A stretch of DNA of 64,000 bases, taken from assembly GCA_963667175.2 (NCBI GenBank), contig CAXXXF010000012.1, forward strand, positions 224,001 to 288,000, in the 5' to 3' direction. The notes beneath the pieces were generated by a model. That model did no database searches. It was not told the DNA's origin and worked only from the letters and a program-made list of their open reading frames with translations. This document shows, in pieces, positions 10,166-20,085 of this stretch; within the stretch, counting starts at the first letter, position 1, and each line of letters begins with the position of its first letter. Source of the DNA: Candidatus Latescibacterota bacterium. GTDB taxonomy: Bacteria; Latescibacterota; UBA2968; GCA-2709665. The translations under genes were made by a program, and so were the position numbers.

Positions 10166-11542
10166 TCAGTTTTCGGGATGACCGATCAACGTGCGGGAGG
10201 TTGCGTCGGTGATTCTGACGTTCACGAATGTATTCGTCTCGATCCCGTTTCTCGGAAACACCACCGTTTTGAATCCGTCTGACTTTCCCACCGCCTGTCC
10301 CTCGCCCCGCCTGGCATCCCCCTCCACGAGCACCTCCTGCAGCTTTCCGACGTAACGTCGGTTGATCTCTCCGGAGATGCTCGTCTGCCGGGCAATCACG
10401 GCCTCCAGCCTCCGTGCCTTTTCGGTCTCCGGAACCGTATCGGGAATCTCCCGGTAGGCCACCGTACCCTTCCTGGGTGAATATTTGAACATAAAGGCCG
10501 AATCGTACCTTACATGCCGCATCAGCGCCAGGGTCGATTCGAAATCCGAATCCGCCTCACCCGGGAATCCCACGATGATATCCGTGGACAGGCAGAGTCC
10601 TGGCAGGGCGGACCGCAGGCGCGCGACAAGGTCCAGGTACCCTTCCGGGGAATAGGTCCGCTTCATCGCCTTCAGAACCCGGTCGGAACCGGACTGTACC
10701 GGCAGATGGATGAACCGGCAGATTTTTTTCTCGTCTGCCATGGTGTCGATCAGTTTCCGTGAGAAGTCACTGGGATGCGGCGAGGTAAAGCGAATCCGCC
10801 GTATTCCCTCCACACCGGCCACCAGCTTCAGGAGGTCGGCAAAATCGGTCTCTCCATCGTCATAGGAGTTCACGGTCTGCCCCAGAAGGGTCACTTCCCG
10901 GAACCCCTCCGAAGCGGCCATCCGGACCTGGCGCAACAGGTCGGCCGCAGGCACGCTCCGCTCTCTACCGCGGACGTAGGGCACAATGCAGAACGTGCAG
11001 AACTTGTCGCATCCCCGCATGATCGTGATCCAGGCGTTGGTACCCGCCTGGCGTACGGGGTCGAGTTCCAGATAGTCCTCGCGCCGGTCGAGCCGCACGT
11101 CCAGCGCGGGATTCCCGGAGGCTTCACCGATCAGTTCGGGCAGGCGGCGATAGGAGTCGGGCCCGACCACGAGGTCCACGTACGGCAACTCGTCGAGGAG
11201 TTGCTCGGCAAGGTGCTTGGCCATGCATCCGCTCACGCCGAGCACGAGGTCCGGGCGCGACCGTTTCGCCTGGCTGAGCTGGGAGAGTCGGCCCACCACC
11301 CGCTCTTCAGCGCGCTCTCGGATGGCGCAGGTGTTCAACAGCACCACGTCCGCGTCTTCAACGCCGATCGCCGTGCGGAAACCCGCCTTTTTCAGAACGC
11401 CCATCATCAGTTCCGTGTCGGACACGTTCATCTGGCAGCCATAGGTCTCGATATAGATCCGTCGCGCCGCCGCGGAAGCGCGCCGGTTCGAAATTTCCGC
11501 CGTGGAATTGTCCGGCTGCCGTTCGATGTCAAGAAGCTGCAT
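10166..11542 (-). CDS. miaB: tRNA-2-methylthio-N6-dimethylallyladenosine synthase
   Basis: TYGCQMNVSD, NTCAIRE, GCDKFCTFC, C-terminal TRAM domain. Confidence 0.95.
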   Translation of the reverse strand: MQLLDIERQPDNSTAEISNRRASAAARRIYIETYGCQMNVSDTELMMGVLKKAGFRTAIGVEDADVVLLNTCAIRERAEERVVGRLSQLSQAKRSRPDLVLGVSGCMAKHLAEQLLDELPYVDLVVGPDSYRRLPELIGEASGNPALDVRLDRREDYLELDPVRQAGTNAWITIMRGCDKFCTFCIVPYVRGRERSVPAADLLRQVRMAASEGFREVTLLGQTVNSYDDGETDFADLLKLVAGVEGIRRIRFTSPHPSDFSRKLIDTMADEKKICRFIHLPVQSGSDRVLKAMKRTYSPEGYLDLVARLRSALPGLCLSTDIIVGFPGEADSDFESTLALMRHVRYDSAFMFKYSPRKGTVAYREIPDTVPETEKARRLEAVIARQTSISGEINRRYVGKLQEVLVEGDARRGEGQAVGKSDGFKTVVFPRNGIETNTFVNVRITDATSRTLIGHPEN

Positions 11543-12761
11543 GCGGCACTCCGTGATGATGGCCCGTCTTCGGTTTGACGGGGACCTCCGGCTTCCGGCA
11601 GCGGTGTCCCCGGTCTTCGACGTCCCGGTCGATCTCGTCTATTGCCTGTCCGATTTCCTCTCGGACGGCCTCGTCCGTCTCGGAGCCGCTGGCCGCCGAA
11701 AGCGCGCGGCGGGCTTCCGGACCGCCGATGCGGCCCAACGCCCATGCCGCATGTCCGCGCACAAGGGGCTCATGGTCGGAAAGCGCCCCCGACAGAGCGG
11801 GAATATCGTCCGCTGTTCCCCGGTTGCCCAGGGCTACGGCGGCGTTCCGCAACAAACCGCGTCGTTTGGCGCGTTTGATGGGGCTTCCGCGGAACCGCCG
11901 GCTGAACGCCGCCTGGTCCATGGCAAGCAATTCGGAGAGATCGGGCGCATCCAGGCCTTCTCGGGCTTTCAGTGCCGGCTCCGTCGACGGGTCGGCGTGT
12001 TTCCGGTTCCACGGACAGACTTCCTGGCATACGTCGCATCCATAGATCCAGTCTCCCATATTCTTCCGATAGTCCCTTGGAATGGCGCCCTTCAGCTCAA
12101 TCGTCAGATACGAGATGCATCGGTTGGAATCCAGCACGTAGGCCTGTGGAATCGCATCGGTGGGGCAGGCATCCATACACAGCGTGCAGGTCCCGCAATG
12201 GTCGGCGACGGGACGATCGTAGACCAGAGGGATGGTCAGCAGGATTTCGCCCAGGAAGAACCACGATCCGCTGCGCTTGTGGATGAGATTGGTGTGCTTT
12301 CCGAACCATCCGATGCCGGCCCGGGCGGCGAAATCGCGCTCCAGCACCGGTCCGGTGTCCACGTAGACCCGTCCCTTCGCCCGGGGTTCCCGCACCTGTA
12401 TCCATTCCAGCAGGCGCTTCAGACGGGCGGTCATCAGGTCGTGATAGTCGTCGCCCCTGGCATACCTGGAAATCTTGCCCCTGGGCCGCCCGTTGACGGG
12501 ATGAGCGCCTGGCTCCTGATCGTAATTCATCCCCACGCAGAGGAGGCTCCTGGCGCCCGGAAGCACTTGCCCGGGATGCGACCTGCGGTCGAGATTCCGA
12601 CCGAGATAGGCCATCTGGCCGCCATACCCCCGCGTCAGCCAGTCCAGAAAAAAGTTCCAGTGCTCCGGCGGGCCGGCGGGCGCGACCCCGACGGGGCCGA
12701 ACCCCATCCCGCGCGCCTTCCGCTTGATCTGAGCCGTCAACTGCCGCTTTTCGATGACCAT
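11529..12761 (-). CDS. queG: Epoxyqueuosine reductase with HEAT-like tail
   Basis: YARGDDYH, VDTGPVLER, CGTCTLCMDACPT, GCDVCQEVCPWN. Confidence 0.95.
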   Translation of the reverse strand: MVIEKRQLTAQIKRKARGMGFGPVGVAPAGPPEHWNFFLDWLTRGYGGQMAYLGRNLDRRSHPGQVLPGARSLLCVGMNYDQEPGAHPVNGRPRGKISRYARGDDYHDLMTARLKRLLEWIQVREPRAKGRVYVDTGPVLERDFAARAGIGWFGKHTNLIHKRSGSWFFLGEILLTIPLVYDRPVADHCGTCTLCMDACPTDAIPQAYVLDSNRCISYLTIELKGAIPRDYRKNMGDWIYGCDVCQEVCPWNRKHADPSTEPALKAREGLDAPDLSELLAMDQAAFSRRFRGSPIKRAKRRGLLRNAAVALGNRGTADDIPALSGALSDHEPLVRGHAAWALGRIGGPEARRALSAASGSETDEAVREEIGQAIDEIDRDVEDRGHRCRKPEVPVKPKTGHHHGVPHAAS

Positions 12762-12790
12762 ATCCTCCGCCGTGGCTGCCAAACAAGCCC

Positions 12791-12825
12791 AAAAGGACAG
12801 GGAACGGACGCGCCCTGTCCTTTTT
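12791..12825. terminator. Bidirectional-type hairpin terminator
   Basis: aaaaggacaggg-loop-ccctgtccttttt. Confidence 0.6.
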
Positions 12826-12846
12826 CGTACATCAGAATTAGAGCCG

Positions 12847-13227
12847 TCAGGCCTTCACCCGGGCCCTGAAATCCGCCAGCGCCGCCCTGACCGCATCTCT
12901 GGCCAGCGCGGCGGCATGTCTCCTTGTAGGCGGCAGACCGCCCAGCCTGGCCTCGACGTCCGCCCGCGTAACCGCCGCCGCCGCCGCAACCGGCAGGCCC
13001 GCCACCATCTCCGTCAATAGGGAAGCTGCGGCGATGGTGGCCGTGCAGCCCTGGGCCTGAAACACCGCCCGGACGACCCGTTCATCGACAACTTTCAGTT
13101 GTATCGAGACGACCGCGCCGGATGCCGGATTCTCCACGGAGCCCGCGCCGTCCGCATCGCGCATCGTTCCGGCATTGCGAGGATTCCTGAAGTGATCGAG
13201 GGCAATTTCACTATAAATCTCAGCCAT
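12847..13227 (-). CDS. IscU/NifU-N family scaffold-like protein with degenerate Cys ligands
   Basis: YSEIALDHFRNPRNAG, F.A.GC....AAS, LGGLPP.RRH. Confidence 0.85.
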   Translation of the reverse strand: MAEIYSEIALDHFRNPRNAGTMRDADGAGSVENPASGAVVSIQLKVVDERVVRAVFQAQGCTATIAAASLLTEMVAGLPVAAAAAVTRADVEARLGGLPPTRRHAAALARDAVRAALADFRARVKA

Positions 13228-13248
13228 GGAGCCCAACCACCCGCCGGC

Positions 13249-13746
13249 TCACCGGGTACTTTCCAGCGGCCTTCGAGGCGGCGTAAGCGTTACCCGGTCT
13301 TCCACGGCCAGGAGTTGCTCTTTGGTATAAATCAGCTCGGCCCGGGTTTCCGCCGCCAGTTCGGTTCGCTCCGTCATGACGATCGCGTCTTCAGGACAGG
13401 CTTCAACGCACATGCCGCAGAAAATACAACGCAACATATCGATGTCAAATCGTCTGGGATGTTTTTCCCGGTCCTCCCAGGGCGCTTCTTCGGCTTCTAT
13501 GGCGATACATTCGGCGGGACACGCCGTGGCGCACATGTAGCACGCAACACATTTGGGGCGGCCCTTATCGTCCTTCGTTAGCTTGTGCAGCCCCCGGTAC
13601 CCGCCGGGTTTTGTCCAGGTTTCCTCCGGATACTGCATCGTGATCTTTTTGCCGAGCAGATGCCTGAAGGTCAGCGACAGACCCTTTGTGATTGCCGGAA
13701 GATACATTTTTTCGGTCAGCGTCATTTCGTGACCGACCTTTTTCAT
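13249..13746 (-). CDS. nuoI: NADH-quinone oxidoreductase subunit I-like 2x[4Fe-4S] protein
   Basis: TMQYPEE, YRGLH, CVACYMCATACP, CIFCGMCVEACP. Confidence 0.9.
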   Translation of the reverse strand: MKKVGHEMTLTEKMYLPAITKGLSLTFRHLLGKKITMQYPEETWTKPGGYRGLHKLTKDDKGRPKCVACYMCATACPAECIAIEAEEAPWEDREKHPRRFDIDMLRCIFCGMCVEACPEDAIVMTERTELAAETRAELIYTKEQLLAVEDRVTLTPPRRPLESTR

Positions 13747-15364
13747 AACGGCGTTCTCCTCTCCTGTTCCGGGACCTGCCTTTGCGCCGCTTGTTTGAAC
13801 GGCCCGCCCATTGGGTGGCGACCGTCTGCCGGATAATCGTAACCTGAATCTCCCCGGGATAGGTCATTCCCTCCCGGATGCGCTGTGCGATTTCGAATGA
13901 AAGCCCCTTGGCGCGCTCGTCGTCCACCCGGCCGGCATTTACCATCACACGGATCTCCCGGCCTGCGTTAATGGCATACGCATCACGAACGCCATGGAAA
14001 CCCCGCGCGATATCCTCCAGATCCCGCACTCTGCGAATATACCCTTCCGCATCGTCACGCCGGGCGCCGGGGCGGGACGAAGATATGGCGTCGGCTGCCT
14101 TTACCAGGAAGGAAATGGGAGAACTGGCTTCAGCGTCTCCGTGATGGTAGAGAATGGCGTTCCCAACCTCCGGCCCCTCGCCGTGCCGGCGCACCATCGC
14201 GACGCCGATGTCGGTATGCGTTCCTTCCTGTTCCTGATCGACCGCCTTGCCAATGTCGTGCAACAGGCCGGCCCGACGTGCCAGGATCTCGTCCATCCGG
14301 AGTTCCGCCGCCATCGCGCCCGACAGAAAGGCGACTTCCTTGGAATGCCCCAATACGCTCTGTCCGTAACTGGTCCGGTATTTCAGGCGTCCCAGCATCG
14401 TTACCAGTTCGGAGTGCATGTCGTCGATGCCGACTTCCCTGACCGCGCGCCGACCCTCCTCTTCGATCAGGGTCTCGATCCGGCTCTCGCATTCGGCCAC
14501 GACCTCTTCCACCCGGCTGGGATTGATTCGCCCCTCCTTCACCAGTTGTTCCATCGCCAGCCTGGCCACGTCCCGCTTTACCGGATCGAAGCTGGAGAGA
14601 ACCACGGCTTCCGGCGTATCGTTAACGATCACCTTCACGCCGGTGGCGGCCTCGAACGAGATGATATTCCGCCCCTCCTTGCCGACGATTCGCCCCTTGA
14701 TATCGTCGTCGGGCAGCGCCACGACCGAAATCGACGATTGCACGGTCTGATCGGTGGAACAGCGTTCGATCGCCTGCGCAATGATCTTTTTCGATTCCCG
14801 TTCGGACCGCTCCCTGGCCTGATCGATGATCTCCATACCCATGGCGGTTGCCGTATGCTGGAGATCGGTCTCGATATTCTCCAGGAGCATTTCACGGGCG
14901 CGGTCGACGTTCATGCCGGATATGCGTTCCAGCAGGCCGCGCTGTTCAGTCAGCACCTGTTCGAGTTCCTGATGATGCTGATCCAGTCGTACCGCGCGCT
15001 GCCGAACGTCGCGCTCCCGGCGATTCAGTTCCCTGGTTCGCTGTTTGAGGTTCTCACGTTGCTCGAGTATTCCGTTCTCTTTTTGGTTGAGGTCCTCAAC
15101 CCGGCGTTCCAGTTCGCGCCTCTTTGTTTCCAGTTCGTGCTCGAACGTGTTCTTGGCGTCGTACCATCTGTTCTTCTCTTCGAGAAACGTGGCTCTGCGC
15201 TCCCGGCCCGCCTTCTCGACCAATTTTGAAATGCGACGCTCGGTGTGGTGTTCAATTTCCTGAATCTTGCGGGCCTTGAGCCTCGCGCACAAGAACCATC
15301 CGGCAACGAAGAGGAGAATCGCGCATGCAATGGCAAGGCTGACTGAGGTTGCATCCAGCGCCAT
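13565..15364 (-). CDS. rny: Ribonuclease Y
   Basis: N-terminal TM helix, coiled coil, KH domain (KGRIVGKEGRNI), HD domain (LLHDIGKA), SRPGAR, AINAGREIRV. Confidence 0.95.
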   Translation of the reverse strand: MALDATSVSLAIACAILLFVAGWFLCARLKARKIQEIEHHTERRISKLVEKAGRERRATFLEEKNRWYDAKNTFEHELETKRRELERRVEDLNQKENGILEQRENLKQRTRELNRRERDVRQRAVRLDQHHQELEQVLTEQRGLLERISGMNVDRAREMLLENIETDLQHTATAMGMEIIDQARERSERESKKIIAQAIERCSTDQTVQSSISVVALPDDDIKGRIVGKEGRNIISFEAATGVKVIVNDTPEAVVLSSFDPVKRDVARLAMEQLVKEGRINPSRVEEVVAECESRIETLIEEEGRRAVREVGIDDMHSELVTMLGRLKYRTSYGQSVLGHSKEVAFLSGAMAAELRMDEILARRAGLLHDIGKAVDQEQEGTHTDIGVAMVRRHGEGPEVGNAILYHHGDAEASSPISFLVKAADAISSSRPGARRDDAEGYIRRVRDLEDIARGFHGVRDAYAINAGREIRVMVNAGRVDDERAKGLSFEIAQRIREGMTYPGEIQVTIIRQTVATQWAGRSNKRRKGRSRNRRGERRYEKGRSRNDADRKNVSSGNHKGSVADLQASARQKDHDAVSGGNLDKTRRVPGAAQANEGR

Positions 15365-15578
15365 TGAAGCCTCCCGTTTTCGTGAAAATTGAGGTCCAGG
15401 TCAATCGATTTACGCACGTTTGGCCCCGCCGTGAATTGTCGCTCTTTCTCCCTGCAACAGTGCGACGCCGGTTCTCCGGAATTCCCGAACAGAGCCAATT
15501 GCCGCCGCCCTTTCGGGAGCAGGCATGCAATGTGCAGCAAAAACAACATAAGACTCCGGTTCAACAGATCGATCGGAT

Positions 15579-15612
15579 AACAAAGGGAGGCGTCCGAACC
15601 GAACCCCTCCCT
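15579..15612 (-). terminator. Probable terminator of the sodA-prx-erpA run
   Basis: agggagg...cctccct stem followed by tttgtt on the minus strand. Confidence 0.6.
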
Positions 15613-15619
15613 CCCCTAA

Positions 15620-15812
15620 CAGTCCGATGAAAAAGTCGCTCTGCAGGCGAGGCCGAGTCATTGTGGCCGAAGGCAAGGCGCGCTCCCTCCCCGAATCCGC
15701 GGATTCGGGGAGGGAGCGCCTGCCTGCCGCGCTTCGCTTGGCGCATGCAGGCAACGCCGTCATTCGGTCACAAGGACGGGAAGCAACCCGGATGGGCTTT
15801 TTCTACGGGCTG
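15620..15812. mobile_element. MITE copy 2 (193 bp)
   Basis: Ends cagtccgatgaaaaag / ctttttctacgggctg; same body as copies 1 and 3. Confidence 0.85.
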
Positions 15813-15863
15813 ATCATCCGGAAATCAACCGGCCGCCACAGCAGGCCGAACCGGTTCAATTCG

Positions 15864-16187
15864 TCATACACCAAACGATTCCCCGCAGCCGCACTGATTC
15901 GTGGCATTGGGATTAAGCACTTTGAAGCCGGCCCCCATCAACCCATCGTCATAATCCAGTTCGGACCCGGCGAGATAGAGTGCGCTCTTCATGTCCACAA
16001 ACACCCTGACGCCCTTGCACTCTATGGTGTCGTCGTCTTCGCCGGGGCCATCTTCGAAGCCCAACTGGTACTGCAGCCCGGAGCATCCGCCTCCAACCAC
16101 CTTCATCCGGAGACCCGCATCCGGAACGCCTTCGCGTTCGAGCAGGTCCTTGATCTTTACCGCGGCAGCTTCGGTGACCCTAACCAT
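15864..16187 (-). CDS. erpA: A-type Fe-S carrier (ErpA/IscA, HesB family)
   Basis: GGGCSGLQY and CGCGESF. Confidence 0.9.
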   Translation of the reverse strand: MVRVTEAAAVKIKDLLEREGVPDAGLRMKVVGGGCSGLQYQLGFEDGPGEDDDTIECKGVRVFVDMKSALYLAGSELDYDDGLMGAGFKVLNPNATNQCGCGESFGV

Positions 16188-16227
16188 TTTACCCTCGACG
16201 TTCCCGGCGACCTTGAATCACTTCCGC

Positions 16228-16704
16228 TTATCCGATTGCGGACAGACAGCGTTTTACGGCGTCGAAGTCCGGCAGTACGGTCGCGTCCTCCGAGACCTCC
16301 GCGTACCGGACGATCCCTTCCTTGTCTACGACGAACGCCGCTCGTTTTGCGACACCCCTGAAACCCAGAAGATCCTGATATTGGGCTCCGTAGGCGGCGC
16401 TCACTTCCTTATTGAAATCACTCAGCAACGGGATGGATATGTTGTTCTGATCCGCCCAGGCCTCCTGAGCGAAGGGACTGTCCACGCTGATGGCCAGCAC
16501 CTGCGCGTTCAGATTGTCATATTCCGAAAGACCTCCGCTCACCGAACACATTTCGTCGGTGCAGACCGACGTATACGCCAGAGGAAAAAAAAGCAACACG
16601 ACGTTTCTGTTTCCCCTGAAACTGCTCAATGCAACGTCCTCCAGGTCGCCGCGTTTGCTCGTCAGCGTGAAGTCGGGCGCCTGATCGCCTACATTTATCC
16701 CCAT
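16228..16704 (-). CDS. Peroxiredoxin (AhpE-like)
   Basis: GDQAPDFTL, PxxxTxxC (PLAYTSVC), ISVDSPF, LLSDF. Confidence 0.9.
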   Translation of the reverse strand: MGINVGDQAPDFTLTSKRGDLEDVALSSFRGNRNVVLLFFPLAYTSVCTDEMCSVSGGLSEYDNLNAQVLAISVDSPFAQEAWADQNNISIPLLSDFNKEVSAAYGAQYQDLLGFRGVAKRAAFVVDKEGIVRYAEVSEDATVLPDFDAVKRCLSAIG

Positions 16705-16789
16705 GGTGATGATCCTTTCGTGTGTTTCCGGAATACCGGCCGCACATTCACACTGACTGCACGACCGTCAACACTGTTCCGCCGTGTGG

Positions 16790-17404
16790 TTACGCGGCTG
16801 CTTCCGCGAATCGGGCCGCCACCGCGTCCCAGTCAATCACGTTTCCCCAGGCCTCGATATAATCGGGGCGCCGGTTCTGATAATTCAGATAATAGGCGTG
16901 CTCCCAGACGTCCAGTCCGAGGATAGGCGTACCGTCGCCCGTCATCAGCGGGCTGTCCTGATTCGGGGTGCTGAGAATTTCCAGCTTGCCGTCCTTCACG
17001 ACCACCCAGGCCCATCCGCTGCCGAAGCGGGTGGTTGCCGCCTGGACGAACTCGTCACGAGCCGCGTCCAGGCTGCCGAACGCGGCGTTGATGGCGTCGG
17101 CCAGGTCTCCGGAGGGGTCTCCGCCTCCACCGGGCGACATGATCGTCCAGAACAGACTGTGATTGGCATGGCCGCCGCCGTTGTTCCGAACCGCCGTGCG
17201 AATCCCCTCGGGAACACCATCCAGATTGCTGATCAGATCTTCCACGCTCCGGGCGGCAAGGTCGTCGTGCCCCTCGAGTGCGTTGTTCAGGTTGGTGACG
17301 TAGGTGTTATGGTGCCTGCCGTGGTGAATCTCCATGGTGCGGGCGTCTATATGGGGCTCCAGAGCATCGTGACCGTACGGCAGATCGGGAAGTGAATGTG
17401 CCAT
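16790..17404 (-). CDS. sodA: Superoxide dismutase (Mn-type signature)
   Basis: [28 protein letters not shown]. Confidence 0.95.
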   Translation of the reverse strand: MAHSLPDLPYGHDALEPHIDARTMEIHHGRHHNTYVTNLNNALEGHDDLAARSVEDLISNLDGVPEGIRTAVRNNGGGHANHSLFWTIMSPGGGGDPSGDLADAINAAFGSLDAARDEFVQAATTRFGSGWAWVVVKDGKLEILSTPNQDSPLMTGDGTPILGLDVWEHAYYLNYQNRRPDYIEAWGNVIDWDAVAARFAEAAA

Positions 17405-17479
17405 TGAGTACACTCCTTAAGATTGAATGAGGATGGTTGACTGAACCGGACGTAACGATCAGATGTAAGAATATGACGA

Positions 17480-17508
17480 AATATAACGAAGTCCAGGCTT
17501 AGCGTCAA
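17480..17508 (-). promoter_or_regulatory. sigma70 promoter of sodA
   Basis: TTGACG-17bp-TATATT. Confidence 0.6.
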
Positions 17509-17557
17509 GCGATTTCCAGCCCCCCTCACATATAACAAAAATAACAAAAACTTACAC

Positions 17558-18439
17558 TTATCGTATTTCTTGAACCGCCCGTCCGTCGGTTTCCACGACG
17601 ACGTTGTCGATAAGCCGGGATTGGCCGAAACGGACGGCCGCCGCCAGGAGGACCCTGCCTTCAATCGCTTCGAGCGGCCGGAAATCCCGGGCATCGACCG
17701 CGGCGATGTAATCGACCTCCGCGCCCGGTTTCCGGCGTACGCGGCGATCCATGGCGCCGATGACCGCGCACGCGCGTTTTTCGCCCGCCAGCACCAGGTC
17801 CCTCCCTTCCTGCAGGGCCCTGTAGATTACCGCGGCGTGCCGCCGATGCCGGGGTGAAAGGGTGCGGTTGCGTGAACTCTTCGCCAGTCCATCCGCCTCT
17901 CTCACCGTCGGCGCGGTCAGGATTTCCACGTCGAAGTCGAGGTCTCTCGTCAACCGGCGGACAACACCCGTCTGCTGGGCGTCTTTCTGTCCGAATACGG
18001 CCACGTGCGGCTTCACGGCCGAGAAGAGTTTGGTCACCACCGTGGCGACTCCCCTGAAATGACCGGGACGGGAAGCGCCGCACAGATGGTCCGCCAGTCG
18101 CTCCACCTCCAGGTAGGTCGCATAACCCCGCGGATACATCTCTTCCGGAGACGGCGAGAAGATCAGGTTGCCTCCCTCGTCGCGGACCATGGCCCGGTCG
18201 CGTTCGAAATCCCGAGGATACGTTTCGAAATCCTCATGCGGTCCGAACTGCGAAGGGTTGACAAAGACACTCACGACGGTACGGTCGGACGCACGCCCCG
18301 CCAGGCGTATCAGGCTCGAATGGCCAGCGTGCAGAGATCCCATGGTGGGTACCAGCCCGATCCGCAATCCCTCCCGGCGCATCCGGTCTGCAATTCGGTG
18401 CATTTCCCGCACATTTCGTATGACCCTGACCGTTCCCAT
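17558..18439 (-). CDS. panC: Pantoate-beta-alanine ligase
   Basis: VPTMGSLHAGH, FVNPSQF, SRPGHFRGV, FGQKDAQQ, RLIDN. Confidence 0.95.
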   Translation of the reverse strand: MGTVRVIRNVREMHRIADRMRREGLRIGLVPTMGSLHAGHSSLIRLAGRASDRTVVSVFVNPSQFGPHEDFETYPRDFERDRAMVRDEGGNLIFSPSPEEMYPRGYATYLEVERLADHLCGASRPGHFRGVATVVTKLFSAVKPHVAVFGQKDAQQTGVVRRLTRDLDFDVEILTAPTVREADGLAKSSRNRTLSPRHRRHAAVIYRALQEGRDLVLAGEKRACAVIGAMDRRVRRKPGAEVDYIAAVDARDFRPLEAIEGRVLLAAAVRFGQSRLIDNVVVETDGRAVQEIR

Positions 18440-18528
18440 GGTTCGCCTGCCGCCTGTCTCCGGATAAGAGACAAGGGGCGGGAGATCCCCGCCCCACGGT
18501 GTTGTCGCCCGATTGTTCGACGTTGCGT

Positions 18529-19407
18529 TCAATCCTCCGCGAGGGCCTTGAACTTCCTCAATTCTTCGTTTCTGATCCGATATCGATGTTCTTCGGCTGG
18601 ATACCGCTTCGCCTTTACATCCTTGACGTAGGCCGAAAACGCGTCGCAAATGGTGGTTCCCAACTCCGCGTAGCGTTTGGAATACCGAAATGAAAAGTCG
18701 TTGAGGCCCAGCAGGTCCGGCGCCACAAGCACCTGTCCGTCGCACCGTCGACCCGATCCGATACCGATTGTGGGAATGCCCAGCGCCCGCGAAACAACCC
18801 CGGCCACCTGCTCGGGAACGCATTCGAGCACCACGGCAACGGCGCCCGCAGCCTCGAGCGCGAGCGCACCCGCAAGAACCAGTGCCGCTTCATCGGCGCG
18901 GTCTCCGTAGACATGCCGGCTACCCTTCCACGTCTGGGGCATATGGCCGACGTGGCCGACGGCCGGAATGCCTTCGGCGGTTATCGCCCCGATTCTTGCC
19001 GCCACTTCCTCCGCGCCTTCGAGCTTCACCATATCTGCCCCGGCGTGCGCCAGCAGCCGGGCATTTTCTACGGCATTGGAATCCGTTTCGTAGGACCGGT
19101 ATGGCAGATCGGCCAACAATATTGCCTTCTGCACGCCACGCCGGACCGCGCGGGTATGGTGGAGCATGTCCTCCATCGTAACCTGCTGCGGACTTTCGTA
19201 CCCCAGGATATTTATCCCCACCGAATCGCCAACCAGGATGACATCCACGTCCGACGCATCCTGAAGGATGGCGGAGGGGAAATCGTAGCAGGTGAGCATG
19301 GCGATGGGTTCGCCCCGCCTCTTCATCTCCGTCAGAAAACCGGGTGCGGCACGCAATTCTGCGTCGGGCGCTTCCTGAATTCCCTTGACTGTATCTGCAT
19401 ATTCCAT
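18529..19407 (-). CDS. panB: 3-methyl-2-oxobutanoate hydroxymethyltransferase
   Basis: MLTCYD, ILVGDS, VKLEG, GIGSGRRCDGQVLV. Confidence 0.95.
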   Translation of the reverse strand: MEYADTVKGIQEAPDAELRAAPGFLTEMKRRGEPIAMLTCYDFPSAILQDASDVDVILVGDSVGINILGYESPQQVTMEDMLHHTRAVRRGVQKAILLADLPYRSYETDSNAVENARLLAHAGADMVKLEGAEEVAARIGAITAEGIPAVGHVGHMPQTWKGSRHVYGDRADEAALVLAGALALEAAGAVAVVLECVPEQVAGVVSRALGIPTIGIGSGRRCDGQVLVAPDLLGLNDFSFRYSKRYAELGTTICDAFSAYVKDVKAKRYPAEEHRYRIRNEELRKFKALAED

Positions 19408-19422
19408 AACGGGATTCCGCGA

Positions 19423-20085
19423 TCAGGCCTCATTGCGGGACGGACGATAGTAGCGGGTGCCGGCAGGTGGCGCCTTCACCTGCCGCAGCAGTTCCTCCAG
19501 ACCCTCAGGATTCCGTACGAAGTCGACCTGCGACACATTGACGATGAGCAACGGCGAGTCGGTATAGTGAAAGAAAAAATGCGTGTACGCCTCCACGAGC
19601 CTTTCAAGGTAAGATTCCGTCATCAGCCGCTCGTAAGAGGGCGTCTGCCGGCGAACTCGTTGAAGGAGGCTCTCGGTCGAATTGTGGAGGTATATGACCA
19701 GATCGGGCTTCGGCGCCTTTTCCTGGATCGTCTCGGCCACGCGTTCGTAGAGCGAAAGCTCGGCGTCGTTCAGGCAGACGTGGGCGTATATGTCGCTCCG
19801 TGCGAACAGGTAGTTGCTGACCACGGTGGATTCGAACAGATCCATCTGATGCAGGTCCTGCTGCTGCCTGTACCTGTGCAACATGAAAAAGACCTGCGTT
19901 TGAAACCCGTAGTGCTCCGGATTCTCGTAAAAAAGGGGCAGAAACGGATTTTCTTCAGCTTCTTCAAGGACCAGGCGCGCCTGCATCGACCTTCCGAGGA
20001 GCCGGGCAAGATCGGTCTTGCCCACGCAGGGGGGGCCTTCGATTGCGAGATATCGTACCGCCACAGATGACGCCTTTACGTGCAA
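19423..20085 (-). CDS. Deoxynucleoside kinase
   Basis: IEGPPCVGKT P-loop, ENPFLPLFY, PDLVIYL; usual folK-dnk-panB context. Confidence 0.9.
   Translation of the reverse strand: MHVKASSVAVRYLAIEGPPCVGKTDLARLLGRSMQARLVLEEAEENPFLPLFYENPEHYGFQTQVFFMLHRYRQQQDLHQMDLFESTVVSNYLFARSDIYAHVCLNDAELSLYERVAETIQEKAPKPDLVIYLHNSTESLLQRVRRQTPSYERLMTESYLERLVEAYTHFFFHYTDSPLLIVNVSQVDFVRNPEGLEELLRQVKAPPAGTRYYRPSRNEA

Noticed and set aside
15365-15580. Possible 6S RNA upstream of rny
   Set aside because: Only a local cccgaaaggg hairpin is visible. I could not find the long rod with central bubble, and zapA is absent. An Rfam search would settle it.
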